64,000 nt of DNA from Vicinamibacterales bacterium (GTDB lineage: Bacteria; Acidobacteriota; Vicinamibacteria; Vicinamibacterales; JAMQPK01). Both the position numbers and the translations under genes were made by a program. The stretch covers positions 134,195 to 198,194 of the forward strand of contig CAWGDY010000030.1 in the NCBI GenBank assembly GCA_963821395.1, read 5' to 3'. Numbering within the stretch: position 1 is the first letter of the stretch; every line of letters starts with the position of its first letter. Of this stretch, positions 1 through 9,130 are shown piece after piece. Below the pieces are notes generated by a model. That model had not been told where the DNA came from, made no database searches, and saw only the letters and a program-made list of their open reading frames with translations.

Positions 1-1348
1 TACGAATGCCACGCGACCCTTTCACGAGAATGAGATCCCCGGGCTTCACGAGCGTCAGCGCGAGATCCGCGGCTTCGTCGCTGCTGGCGACGTAGTGCAC
101 GTGGGCGCCTGACATGCCGGCGGCGGCCGCGCCTTCCGCGAGCGCCCGCGCGCTGGCCCCTCCGACCGCCACGAGCTCGCTGATGCCGGCCCGCGCCGCT
201 TCTTCGCCGGACGCGCGGTGCAGCGCCGCCGAGGCCTCACCAAGCTCGAGCATCTCCCCGATGAACGCCACCCGCCGGTGACAGCGCGTCTCGCCCGCAA
301 TCATCGACAGCGCCCGCGACAGAGCCCTCGGGTTCGAGTTGTACGAGTCGTCGACGATGGTCAGCCGCCTGGTGCGGATGATTTCCCCCCGCCGCGCGAC
401 GGGTCTCAGCGATGCCGCCCGTTCGACGATGTCGCCGAGCGGCACGTCGAAACGGATCGCGACCGCCGCGGCCGCGAGGATGTTGGAGAGATTCGCGGCT
501 CCCGCCAGCGGCGTCCTGATTTCCGCTTCGCCAATCGGCGTCCGGACCAGCGCGGCGCTGCCATCGATGCCGAGATCGCGAACCGCGAGCGCCCGGACGT
601 CGGCCGGCCGCTCGACACCGAAGGTGCGCACGCGTCCGGCGAATGACACCGCATGACGCATCACGAGATCGTCGTCGGCGTTGGCGACGAGCAAGGCATC
701 CTTGTCGGCGCCTTCCATGATTTCGGCTTTCGCCCGGGCGATGGCTTCGACCGTTCCGAAGAACTCGAGGTGGGCCGGACCGACGTTGGTCCACACGCGC
801 ACTTCGGGCTCGGCGATCCTCACGAGCGCACTGATCTCTCCGAAGTGGTTCATTCCCAGCTCGAGCACTCCGATGTCGGGCTTCCTGCTCAGCTCGAGGA
901 GCGAGAGCGGAAGCCCGATGTGATTGTTCAGGTTCCCCTTGTTCCGGAAGACCTTGTATCGCGCCGACAGAAACTCGGCCGTAATCTCCTTGGTCGTCGA
1001 CTTGCCTGCGCTGCCGGTCACCGCCACGACGGCCGCGCCCGAATCGCGCCGTACGCGGTTGGCCAGCGTCTGGAGCGCCACGACCGTATCGGGCACGACG
1101 ACGAGCGGCGTCGACGCCAGTTCCGGCACGCCGATCAGGCCCGCATCGCTGACCATGGCCGCCGCCGCTCCCTTGCGCGCGGCCTCGACGACATACGCAT
1201 TGCCGTCGAAGCGGGGACCACGAATCGCCACGAACATGTCGCCCGTCGCGATCGTTCGCGTATCGATCGAGAAGCCCGCGATCTCCCGCTCATGCCCCTG
1301 TCCCGACACCGCCGCACCGACGACCGCCGCGATCGTGTCCGGCGTCAG
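1..1348 (-). CDS. murF: UDP-N-acetylmuramoyl-tripeptide--D-alanyl-D-alanine ligase MurF (C-terminal ~25 aa lie beyond the window edge)
   Basis: Missing from the ORF track because no stop lies in the window. Manual minus-strand translation gives FSIDTRTIATGDMFVAIRGPRFDGNAYV, P-loop TGSAGKSTTKE, GNLNNHIGLPLSLLEL, GMNHFGEI, DDSYNSNP and LVKGSRG. It lies directly downstream of murE in dcw order. There is no ATG/GTG/TTG at the expected N-terminus, only a CTG at 1348 overlapping the murE stop, so the start is approximate. Confidence 0.85.
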   Translation of the reverse strand, partial: MTPDTIAAVVGAAVSGQGHEREIAGFSIDTRTIATGDMFVAIRGPRFDGNAYVVEAARKGAAAAMVSDAGLIGVPELASTPLVVVPDTVVALQTLANRVRRDSGAAVVAVTGSAGKSTTKEITAEFLSARYKVFRNKGNLNNHIGLPLSLLELSRKPDIGVLELGMNHFGEISALVRIAEPEVRVWTNVGPAHLEFFGTVEAIARAKAEIMEGADKDALLVANADDDLVMRHAVSFAGRVRTFGVERPADVRALAVRDLGIDGSAALVRTPIGEAEIRTPLAGAANLSNILAAAAVAIRFDVPLGDIVERAASLRPVARRGEIIRTRRLTIVDDSYNSNPRALSRALSMIAGETRCHRRVAFIGEMLELGEASAALHRASGEEAARAGISELVAVGGASARALAEGAAAAGMSGAHVHYVASSDEAADLALTLVKPGDLILVKGSRGIR

Positions 1349-2778
1349 CGTCTCCGCTCCAGCGCGCGGCGCGCGATGTCGGCCTCGTCGAACGGCAGAT
1401 CCCGGGCACCGATGGACTGCGATTTCTCGTGCCCTTTCCCGGCCAGCAGCACCAGGTCGCCGGGTTGTGCCGCCTTGATCGCGAACTCGATCGCCTCTTT
1501 GCGATCGACGATGGCAAACGTCGTCTTGTCGTCGCGATCGGACGCTGCCGGAACGCCACGCTTGATCTCGTCGATGATGCGCGACGGATCCTCACTGCGC
1601 GGGTTGTCCGAGGTGATGACGACGACGTCGCTCAGCCGGGACGCCACGGCGCCCATGAGCGGCCGCTTCGTGCGATCGCGATCGCCCCCGCACCCGAAGA
1701 GCGTGATCACGCGGCGCTGAGCCAGCGGGCGGGCCGTCTCGAGCAGGTTCCTCAGCGCGTCATCCGTGTGCGCGTAGTCGATGACGACCGTGATGTCGTC
1801 GCGGGCATCCGACACCACCTCGAACCGTCCGGGCACGCCGTCGAGGTTGGCGAGACCGCGTTCGATGGCGGCGACCGGGAGCCCCAGCGCCGTCGAGACC
1901 GCGACCGTCGCGAGGATGTTCGACACGTTCGGACGGCCGACCAGACGCGACTTCACACGCACGCTGCCTTTCGGCGTTCGCGCGTCGAACTCCAGGCCGT
2001 CGAACGTCAGGGTCAAGGGACCGGGCGTGACATCGGCCGGCTTGTGGATGGCGTAGGTCACCGGCGTTGCGGTCGCCTTCCGAACCGTCTCGCCCCTGGG
2101 ATCGTCGAGGTTGATCGCCCCGGGCGCACCGGCGGGCAGCATCTCGAACAACCGCTGCTTCGCGGCGAAGTACGACTCCATGTCGCCGTGATAGTCGAGA
2201 TGGTCGCGAGTCAAGTTGGTGAACACGCCTGCCGCAAACGTCGTTCCGTCCACTCTCCGGAGCGCCAGCGCGTGCGAGGACACTTCCATCACGCACGCGC
2301 CACAACCCGCGTCGACCATCTGCCGAAACATGCGCTGCACATCCGGTGCCTCGGGTGTGGTCCGCGATGCGGGCAGTTCCTGATCGCCGGTCGAATACGT
2401 GACGGTTCCGATGAGCCCGCACTTTTTACCCGCCGCGTCAAAAACGGCGCGTAACAAATACGCGGTTGTCGTCTTGCCGTTCGTGCCGGTGATGCCGACG
2501 ACCTGCATCGAGCGGCTGGGATGCCCGTAGAACTCGGCCGCGAGCAAGGCCATCGCGCCCCGCGCGTCGGGAACCGTGATCCATGGCACCGTGGACGTTG
2601 CCGGCTCCGGCTCGTCGGAGACGACCGCAACGGCTCCCCGGCGGATGGCATCGTCCACGAAATCGGTTCCGGCGGCTTTCAATCCCTTCAACGCGATGAA
2701 GACGTCGCCTGGTTGCACGCGCCTCGAGTCGTACGCCACTCCGTGAATATCAATGCCTGGCAACGACGCGACTTTCAT
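1345..2778 (-). CDS. murE: UDP-N-acetylmuramoyl-L-alanyl-D-glutamate--2,6-diaminopimelate ligase MurE
   Basis: 477-aa ORF with Mur ligase P-loop GITGTNGKTTT and the DNPR motif (ITSDNPRSEDP) typical of meso-DAP-adding enzymes. Its ATG shares an ATGA overlap with the ftsI stop. Confidence 0.93.
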   Translation of the reverse strand: MKVASLPGIDIHGVAYDSRRVQPGDVFIALKGLKAAGTDFVDDAIRRGAVAVVSDEPEPATSTVPWITVPDARGAMALLAAEFYGHPSRSMQVVGITGTNGKTTTAYLLRAVFDAAGKKCGLIGTVTYSTGDQELPASRTTPEAPDVQRMFRQMVDAGCGACVMEVSSHALALRRVDGTTFAAGVFTNLTRDHLDYHGDMESYFAAKQRLFEMLPAGAPGAINLDDPRGETVRKATATPVTYAIHKPADVTPGPLTLTFDGLEFDARTPKGSVRVKSRLVGRPNVSNILATVAVSTALGLPVAAIERGLANLDGVPGRFEVVSDARDDITVVIDYAHTDDALRNLLETARPLAQRRVITLFGCGGDRDRTKRPLMGAVASRLSDVVVITSDNPRSEDPSRIIDEIKRGVPAASDRDDKTTFAIVDRKEAIEFAIKAAQPGDLVLLAGKGHEKSQSIGARDLPFDEADIARRALERRR

Positions 2779-4787
2779 GGCTCCAGCGATGCGACGACGG
2801 CCGGTACCGAACGTTCGAGGCGAAGCTCACACGCCATACCCGGTTCGATTGGCGTTCCAGGGAGCGGTGTCTGGCCGGCGACCACGCCGGTGCCTTTCAG
2901 CCGCGCGGTCAGGCCAATCCTGGTCAGGACGCGCAGGGCTTCTCGCGCGCTCAGCCCGCGAAAATCCGGAAGATCGCGCACGTCGCCACTGGTTCCAACG
3001 GGGACGATCGCGGCGTCCCGTTCGCTGCGAGCCGGCTGAATCTCGGGCGGGCTCGTCCGGCGTGCGACGAGCACGGGCGGCGGGGCGTTGAGCGTCGGCG
3101 GAATGCTGAAGTGCCGCAGTGTGGCCGCCGCGACCCGCTGGAACACCGGCCCGGCGTTGGGCCCGCCGTAGTACCCCATGGCGTGCGGCGAATCGAGCAC
3201 GACGATGATGGTGGCGACGGGATTGCGCGACGGGAAGAACCCGACGAACGACGCGAAGTAGTCCGACTTCGAATACCGTCCGTTGACGAGCTTCGCCGCG
3301 GTGCCCGTTTTTCCCGCGATCGTGTAGCCCTCGACCTGGGCAAACGTCCCGGTTCCCCGTTTGACGATCTGCTCCATGATGTCGGTCAGCGTCGCCGCGG
3401 TATCTTTCGAAATCGTGCGCCCGAGGATCGTCGGCTTCACATCCTGACGCTTGCCGTCCTTGATGAGCGCGCGCACGACGCGCGGCTGAAGCAGATCGCC
3501 GCCGTTGGCCACGGAGCTGACCGCCGCCACCATCTGCAGCGGCGTCACACCGATCTGGTAGCCCATCGACATCGACGCGAGCGCGCTCATGTCCAGGTGC
3601 TTCGGATCCCAGACGATGCCGGTTGTCTCGCCGGGGAAGTCGGGCGAGAGCGCGCGGCCGAATCCGAAACGGCGCACGTACATCCCGAGACGCTCCGCAC
3701 CAAGCCTCAGCCCCACCTTGATGGCGCCGACGTTGCTCGACTTCACCATGACGTCGGTGAACGACAGGTGGCCGTAGTCGTGCGTGTCGTCGATCACGCG
3801 CGATCCGAAACGGATATGCCCGCCCGACACGTCGATGATGTCGTTCACGCCGACGACGTGTTCTTCGATCGCGGCGCTCGCCGTCACGACTTTGAACGTC
3901 GAGCCGGGCTCGTAGAGGTCCTGTACCGCGCGATTCCGGCGATGCTCGGGCGGCGCGCTGGCAAAGGCGTTGGGATTGAACGTCGGCTCGTTCGCGAGCG
4001 CGAGAATTTCGCCGGTGGTCGGCGACATGATCAACACCGTGCCGCCCGAGGCCCTGGTGCGCGCGACGCCTTCACGCAGCTCGCGTTCGGCGACGTGCTG
4101 CAAGTACTCGTCGATCGTCAGCTCGACGGTCGCCCCCGCCGTCGGCGGGCGCTCGAGGCGGCTGAAGGCGCGGCCGCGGGCATCGGTCTGGTAGAGCAGC
4201 TTTCCCTGAGCGCCGCTGATCTGGTTGTCGTAGGCCGCTTCGATCCCGGCGAGACCTTTGTTGTCGACGCCGACGAACCCCAGCAACTGGGCCGCCAGCT
4301 GTTTCTTCGGATAGAAGCGGCGATCTTCCTGGACGAACCTGACGCCCTCGAGATTCAACTGTGCGATTCGCTGGGCCTGGTGCGGCGTCACCCGGCGGCG
4401 AAGGAACACGAACGCCCGCCGCTGACGCATCCTGGCCGCGAGCGCCTGCTCTTCCTTCGGCGCGCAATCGGTCAGGGCGTCGCAGACCCGCTTTGCCGCC
4501 TGCTGCGCATCGACGATCTCGCTGGGCACCGCAAACACCGAGTCGGCGTCGACGCTGTAGGCGAGCACGCGTCCGTGACGATCGACGATCTCCGCCCGCT
4601 TGGCGGAGATGTCCATCGTGCGCTCGGACTGGTTCTCCGCCCGCGCCTGCAGGTCGTCGTGTTTGTGCACCTGCAGGTACAGCAGCCGCGCCTGAATGCT
4701 CACGGCCCACAGCACGAACATCACCGCCGCCGGCAGGAGCCGGCCGTGGATCGTCGCGCGCCACTTGTCCTGGGTCGGCTCGCTCAC
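2775..4787 (-). CDS. ftsI: Class B penicillin-binding protein / peptidoglycan D,D-transpeptidase FtsI with a PASTA-like C-terminal domain
   Basis: 670-aa ORF with an N-terminal membrane anchor (LLPAAVMFVLWAVSI). Carries SxxK (GSTFKVV), SxN (KSSNVG) and KTG (AGKTGTA). Sits between ftsL and murE. Confidence 0.9.
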   Translation of the reverse strand: MSEPTQDKWRATIHGRLLPAAVMFVLWAVSIQARLLYLQVHKHDDLQARAENQSERTMDISAKRAEIVDRHGRVLAYSVDADSVFAVPSEIVDAQQAAKRVCDALTDCAPKEEQALAARMRQRRAFVFLRRRVTPHQAQRIAQLNLEGVRFVQEDRRFYPKKQLAAQLLGFVGVDNKGLAGIEAAYDNQISGAQGKLLYQTDARGRAFSRLERPPTAGATVELTIDEYLQHVAERELREGVARTRASGGTVLIMSPTTGEILALANEPTFNPNAFASAPPEHRRNRAVQDLYEPGSTFKVVTASAAIEEHVVGVNDIIDVSGGHIRFGSRVIDDTHDYGHLSFTDVMVKSSNVGAIKVGLRLGAERLGMYVRRFGFGRALSPDFPGETTGIVWDPKHLDMSALASMSMGYQIGVTPLQMVAAVSSVANGGDLLQPRVVRALIKDGKRQDVKPTILGRTISKDTAATLTDIMEQIVKRGTGTFAQVEGYTIAGKTGTAAKLVNGRYSKSDYFASFVGFFPSRNPVATIIVVLDSPHAMGYYGGPNAGPVFQRVAAATLRHFSIPPTLNAPPPVLVARRTSPPEIQPARSERDAAIVPVGTSGDVRDLPDFRGLSAREALRVLTRIGLTARLKGTGVVAGQTPLPGTPIEPGMACELRLERSVPAVVASLEP

Positions 4788-4791
4788 GGCG

Positions 4792-5196
4792 TTACTCCCT
4801 GACTCGGGCGACGACAGACGCCGCCGGCGGTTCGCCGGGCACCACGCGCTCGATCACGATCGCGGCGCCCGTATCCGGCGTCACGAGGTGCAGGTTCGTC
4901 GTCGCGAGCCGCTCGATGCGCTGCGGCGACTTGAGCGTTTCAATCTCCAGCCGCAGATGGCGGTTCGCCGCCTCCTCGTCGCCGCGCTCCTTCTGCATCT
5001 GCTCGAGGCGGTAGCCGTGCTGCAGGAGCTCGACGCGCTGCCATCCGGAAAAGAGGAGCACGCCCACGAAGAGCACGCCGAAGGCCACCGATCGCCACTG
5101 CTCGCGCAGCCGCCGCTCGTCGACCTCCCGGACGATGGGGTTGTTCCGTACGTCTTTCTTGATGGCGTATTCGAATGCTTCTGCGGATGAGCTCAT
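4792..5196 (-). CDS. ftsL: Cell division protein FtsL-like (single-pass membrane, coiled coil)
   Basis: 134-aa ORF with one TM helix (VAFGVLFVGVLLFSGW) followed by a heptad-like region. It occupies the conserved slot between rsmH and ftsI. Confidence 0.7.
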   Translation of the reverse strand: MSSSAEAFEYAIKKDVRNNPIVREVDERRLREQWRSVAFGVLFVGVLLFSGWQRVELLQHGYRLEQMQKERGDEEAANRHLRLEIETLKSPQRIERLATTNLHLVTPDTGAAIVIERVVPGEPPAASVVARVRE

Positions 5197-5227
5197 GTGC
5201 TGCCCCAGTCAGTTGCTCGATCGGTAC

Positions 5228-5284
5228 GGTTCTTGGGTTCTGAGTTCTCGGTTCTGCTGGTTCGGGTTCCGAGAACCCAGAACC
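5228..5284. repeat. GGTTCT/GGTTCC unit array ending in an 11-bp bulged hairpin (rsmH-ftsL spacer)
   Basis: Sequence read directly: GGTTCTtGGGTTCTgaGTTCTcGGTTCTgctGGTTCgGGTTCcgaGAACCcaGAACC. GGGTTC (5264-5269) pairs with GAACCC (5273-5278), and GGTTC (5259-5263) pairs with GAACC (5280-5284). Confidence 0.75.
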
Positions 5285-5290
5285 GCTGCG

Positions 5291-6178
5291 TTACACCACG
5301 CACTCCGCCGCGCGGAGTTTTGCACTGCGCGCCCGGGGGTTCCGTTCCAACTCGTCGGGCTGGGGGGTAATCGGCTTCTTCGTCAAGACTTGAATACGGG
5401 CGCCGTCTGTCTGAGCCAGCGCGCGCAGCGTGTGCTTGACGATCCGATCCTCGAGCGAGTGAAACGTGACCACGACCAGACGCGCCCCTTTCCGAAGACG
5501 ACGCGCCACGACCCTCAAAAAATCGTCGATGTTCTCCAACTCGCGGTTTACCCAGATGCGAAGCGCCTGAAACGTGCGCGTCGCCGGGTCGATCCTGGAA
5601 AATCCGCGCCTCGGTACTGCCCTCCTCACGATCGCCGCGAGCTGCCCGGTGGTCGCGAGCGGCGCCGACTCGCGAGCCTGGACGATGGCCCGTGCGATGC
5701 GCCGCGAGAACCGCTCTTCGCCGAACCGGTAGATCGCGTCGGCGATGTCCGTCTCCGCCGAGTCGCGCAGGAGATCGGCAGCCGTGGGACCGGACGACGT
5801 GTCCATCCGCATGTCGAGCGGATCGTCACGCTGAAAACTGAAACCCCGTCCTTCGCCGTCGAGCTGATACGACGACATCCCCATATCGGTGACGGTGCCG
5901 TCGACGCGGTCGAGCCCCCGGGCGTCAAGAACCGATTCGATCGCCCGATAATCCGAATGCACGAGCTCTACGCGATTGCCGTAGACACCCAGCGTTTCGG
6001 CGGCGATCACGAGCGACGCGGGATCGCGGTCGAGCCCGATGACTCTCGTGGCGCCGGCGTCGAGCAGGGCTCGCGAATGCCCGCCCATCCCGACCGTGCA
6101 ATCCACGAACACGCCGCCGTTTTCCGGCCGCAAAAACGACAGCACTTCGCGCGTCATGACCGGCTCGTGGCGCGCCAT
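5291..6178 (-). CDS. rsmH: 16S rRNA (cytosine1402-N4)-methyltransferase RsmH
   Basis: 295-aa ORF with motifs DCTVGMGGHS, GLDRDP and TFHSLEDRIVK. Located between mraZ and ftsL. Confidence 0.93.
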   Translation of the reverse strand: MARHEPVMTREVLSFLRPENGGVFVDCTVGMGGHSRALLDAGATRVIGLDRDPASLVIAAETLGVYGNRVELVHSDYRAIESVLDARGLDRVDGTVTDMGMSSYQLDGEGRGFSFQRDDPLDMRMDTSSGPTAADLLRDSAETDIADAIYRFGEERFSRRIARAIVQARESAPLATTGQLAAIVRRAVPRRGFSRIDPATRTFQALRIWVNRELENIDDFLRVVARRLRKGARLVVVTFHSLEDRIVKHTLRALAQTDGARIQVLTKKPITPQPDELERNPRARSAKLRAAECVV

Positions 6179-6183
6179 CGGTC

Positions 6184-6624
6184 TTACAGACCCAAATCAG
6201 ACAACGCCCGCGCGTCATCGTCTGTGAACGGCTCGCGCTGGAGCTTCGCGATGAACCGCTCGTGGTTCCAGACCTCGAGGTAGTTGAACTGACCGAACAC
6301 ATCCACCTCGCCGACCATCGTGGCCGACTCGCGCAGGCGCGGGGGAATCACGACGCGGCCCTGCGTGTCGATCTCGGAGACCTGACCGTAGAAGTTCACG
6401 CGGTCGAGAAATTTCAGCCGTGATGGATGCGTCGAGGGGATCTGTGAGAGCCTCTTCTCGATGGCCGCCCAGACCGTCATCGGGTACAGGCGCACCGAGT
6501 CGCCGTGCAGACTGGTGACGAACAGGTCGCGCCCGTGCTCATCCTCGATGAGCGAGCGGAACCCGTTGGGGATTTTGAGTCTCCCCCGGTCATCAATTTT
6601 CGCCGGCGAGTTGCCCCGAAGCAC
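6184..6624 (-). CDS. mraZ: Transcriptional regulator MraZ
   Basis: 146-aa ORF with two MraZ repeats (DDRGRLKIP and DTQGRVVIP). First gene of the dcw block. GTG start with GGAG upstream. Confidence 0.92.
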   Translation of the reverse strand: MLRGNSPAKIDDRGRLKIPNGFRSLIEDEHGRDLFVTSLHGDSVRLYPMTVWAAIEKRLSQIPSTHPSRLKFLDRVNFYGQVSEIDTQGRVVIPPRLRESATMVGEVDVFGQFNYLEVWNHERFIAKLQREPFTDDDARALSDLGL

Positions 6625-6663
6625 GCTCGGCTACTCCATTTCTCTCCAAAAAAGTCCACGGCG

Positions 6664-6692
6664 ATAGTAGAGGACGGGTATGGGGATGTCAA
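6664..6692 (-). promoter_or_regulatory. Candidate sigma70-type promoter of the mraZ/dcw operon (TTGACA-17 nt-TACTAT)
   Basis: On the minus strand, TTGACA is the complement of 6687-6692 and TACTAT the complement of 6664-6669, with an exact 17-nt spacer. It lies about 40 nt upstream of the mraZ GTG inside a locally AT-rich divergent intergenic region (6625-6768). Confidence 0.5.
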
Positions 6693-6768
6693 CGGGTAAA
6701 ATCTAGATTTATAAAGGCTTACGCTAAATTTTCGCCCCTAGTTTACAGCATGATACGATTTCGCACTC

Positions 6769-7632
6769 GTGGCTGATCCGTCCACCGTCAGCGTCGTCAT
6801 TCCCGCGTTCGAAGAGGCGGAGGCGATCGGCACCGTCATCCAGTCGCTGCGCGGGGCCGCGACCTGGTGCGAAGTGCTCGTCGTCGACGATGGATCGTCC
6901 GACGAGACGGCACGCGTTGCCACAACCGCTGGTGCGCGCGTCATCAGACACCCCTACAACAAGGGGAACGGCGCGTCCGTCAAGACCGGCATCAGAAACG
7001 CCGCCGGCGAGTTCATGCTCATCATCGATGGTGACGGACAGCATTCAGCAGCCGACGGATTGCGGCTGGTCAACCTTCTTGGCGAGTACGATCTCGTGAT
7101 TGGCGCGCGGACGGGCGCGAACCAGCAGGCATCGGCGGCGCGCTACGCCGGCAACCACCTGCTGAACTGGCTGGCCAGCTATCTCACGGGCCGGCACATT
7201 CCGGATCTCACATCGGGACTTCGTGCGGCGCGTACGAGCGGGCTTCGCGAATTCCTGCATCTGCTTCCGAACGGATTCTCGACACCGGCCACGACAACGC
7301 TCGCGTTCGTGAAAGCCGGTTACAACGTGCGCTTCGAGACGATTTCGGTCGCGCCTCGACTCGGCAAGTCGAAGATCAAGCTCGTGTCCGACGGCGCGCG
7401 CTTCCTCATGATTCTGCTGAGGGTCGTCACGATCTTCAGCCCGCTCCGAATTTTTCTTCCGATTTCAGGCATATTTTTCGCCCTGGGCGCGGGCTACGCC
7501 ATCTGGACGGTGGCGACGCGCCATGACATGACCGACTCGTCGGTGCTGCTCCTCGTGCTCGCTGTCGTGATCTTTCTCGTGGGCCTGGTTTCCGAGCAGA
7601 TTTCCGCGATGCGCTTGCAGGGGCCTCGATGA
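6769..7632 (+). CDS. Family 2 glycosyltransferase, membrane-anchored polyprenyl-phosphate sugar transferase type (GtrB/ArnC/DPM1-like)
   Basis: 287-aa ORF with VVIPAFEE, VVDDGSSD and IDGDGQH (DXD), plus two C-terminal TM helices. GTG start. Confidence 0.85.
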   Translation: MADPSTVSVVIPAFEEAEAIGTVIQSLRGAATWCEVLVVDDGSSDETARVATTAGARVIRHPYNKGNGASVKTGIRNAAGEFMLIIDGDGQHSAADGLRLVNLLGEYDLVIGARTGANQQASAARYAGNHLLNWLASYLTGRHIPDLTSGLRAARTSGLREFLHLLPNGFSTPATTTLAFVKAGYNVRFETISVAPRLGKSKIKLVSDGARFLMILLRVVTIFSPLRIFLPISGIFFALGAGYAIWTVATRHDMTDSSVLLLVLAVVIFLVGLVSEQISAMRLQGPR

Positions 7633-8324
7633 ATGCCGTCGTCATTGCCACCTACAACGAGCGCGACAACCTGGCAGCGCTGGTATCAGCCATCCTTCAG
7701 TACGACGGCTACCGCGTCATCGTCGTCGACGACGATTCGCCGGACGGAACCGGCGCCCTTGCCGACGAGCTGGCGGCGACCTACGCCGGCCGGCTCACGG
7801 TCATCCACCGGAAGAGTGCGCGAGGTCTCGGACGTTCGCTCGTGGCAGGCCTCAAACAGGCGCTTGCCGATGGCGCCGAGCTGATCTTCCAGATGGATGC
7901 CGACTTCTCGCACGATCCGAAGTACCTGCCCGACATGGCGTCGGCCGCGGCCGACGCGGATCTCGTGCTGGGATCCCGGTACCTGCACGGCGTCAGCGTG
8001 GTGAACTGGCCGCTGTATCGCATCATCCTCAGCAGCTTTGCGAACCAGTACGTCAGGTCGGTGATCGGACTCGCGGAGAAGGACTGCACGACCGGCTTCC
8101 GCTGCTGGCGCCGCGACGCGCTCGCGAGGTTGCCGCTCGACACGCTCGTGGCAGACGGCTACGCGTTTCTCGTCGAGCAGCTCTTTCTGGCCCGGCAACT
8201 GGGGTGCCGTATACGGGAAATTCCGATCATTTTCGTCGAGCGGCGCGAAGGCGCATCGAAGCTCTCGTCGAGCGTGCTCCTGGAATCGGTCATCGTGCCG
8301 TGGCGATTGCGCCTGAGGCGCTAG
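7629..8324 (+). CDS. Family 2 glycosyltransferase, polyprenol-phosphate mannose synthase-like (soluble DPM1/Ppm1 type)
   Basis: 231-aa ORF with IATYNERDN, VVDDDSPDGT and QMDADFSHDP. ATGA overlap with the upstream gene. Confidence 0.85.
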   Translation: MNAVVIATYNERDNLAALVSAILQYDGYRVIVVDDDSPDGTGALADELAATYAGRLTVIHRKSARGLGRSLVAGLKQALADGAELIFQMDADFSHDPKYLPDMASAAADADLVLGSRYLHGVSVVNWPLYRIILSSFANQYVRSVIGLAEKDCTTGFRCWRRDALARLPLDTLVADGYAFLVEQLFLARQLGCRIREIPIIFVERREGASKLSSSVLLESVIVPWRLRLRR

Positions 8325-8350
8325 TGTATTAACGTGTCTTCGCCTAGAAA

Positions 8351-9130
8351 ATGCCAGCTGCCGATCCGACGAAGTCGCCTGGTCTCAGTGTTTTTTTTCC
8401 CGCCTACAACGACAGCGGGACGATCGCGAGCCTCGTCATCACGGCCATTCAGTCGGCCTCGAAGCTGACGCCCGACTACGAAGTCATCGTCGTCAACGAC
8501 GGCAGCAGCGACTCGACCGGGCAGATTCTCGATGAGCTGGCCCGGCTGTACCCGCAGGTCAGGGTCGTCACGCACACCGTGAACCGGGGATACGGTGGCG
8601 CGCTTCGCAGCGGGTTTGGCGCCGCGTCGAAGGAGATCATCTTCTATACGGACGGCGACGCCCAGTACGACCCGTCCGAAATGGAAGCGCTGTGGCAGAA
8701 GATGGCGCCCGGCACCGATCTGGTCAACGGCTTCAAGATCAGCCGCGCGGATCCGCTGCACCGCATCATCATCGGCCGGATTTACCATCACACCGTCAAG
8801 ACGCTGTTCGGGCTGCACGTGCGCGACGTGGACTGCGACTTCAGGCTGCTCCGGCGCTCGATCTTCGACACCGTGCGACTGGAGAAAAACAGCGGCGTCA
8901 TCTGCCTCGAGATGATGAAGAAGATCCAGGACGCCGGTTTCACGATCGTCGAGGTCCCCGTTCACCACTACCATCGCGCGCACGGTCATTCGCAGTTCTT
9001 CAACTTCCCTCGCGTGTTCCGCACGGCCGTGGACGTGATGAAGCTCTGGTTCGCGCTCGTCGTGCGGCAGACACACCGGCGGCCGGCCGAGGCGTCCGCG
9101 CCCACCGGCGAGCGGACTCGGGTGCTCTAG
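8351..9130 (+). CDS. Family 2 glycosyltransferase
   Basis: 259-aa ORF with FFPAYNDSG, VVNDGSSDST and TDGDAQYDP (DXD). Confidence 0.85.
   Translation: MPAADPTKSPGLSVFFPAYNDSGTIASLVITAIQSASKLTPDYEVIVVNDGSSDSTGQILDELARLYPQVRVVTHTVNRGYGGALRSGFGAASKEIIFYTDGDAQYDPSEMEALWQKMAPGTDLVNGFKISRADPLHRIIIGRIYHHTVKTLFGLHVRDVDCDFRLLRRSIFDTVRLEKNSGVICLEMMKKIQDAGFTIVEVPVHHYHRAHGHSQFFNFPRVFRTAVDVMKLWFALVVRQTHRRPAEASAPTGERTRVL

Noticed and set aside
3111-4802. 563-aa plus-strand ORF. Similar long ORFs occur at 653-1720, 11255-12475, 15051-16175, 24761-26623, 27993-29126, 42431-43966 and 53892-55520.
   Set aside because: These are shadow ORFs antisense to, or out of frame with, well-supported genes. They are Arg/Gly/Asp/His-rich junk typical of stop-poor high-GC DNA, with no family motifs.
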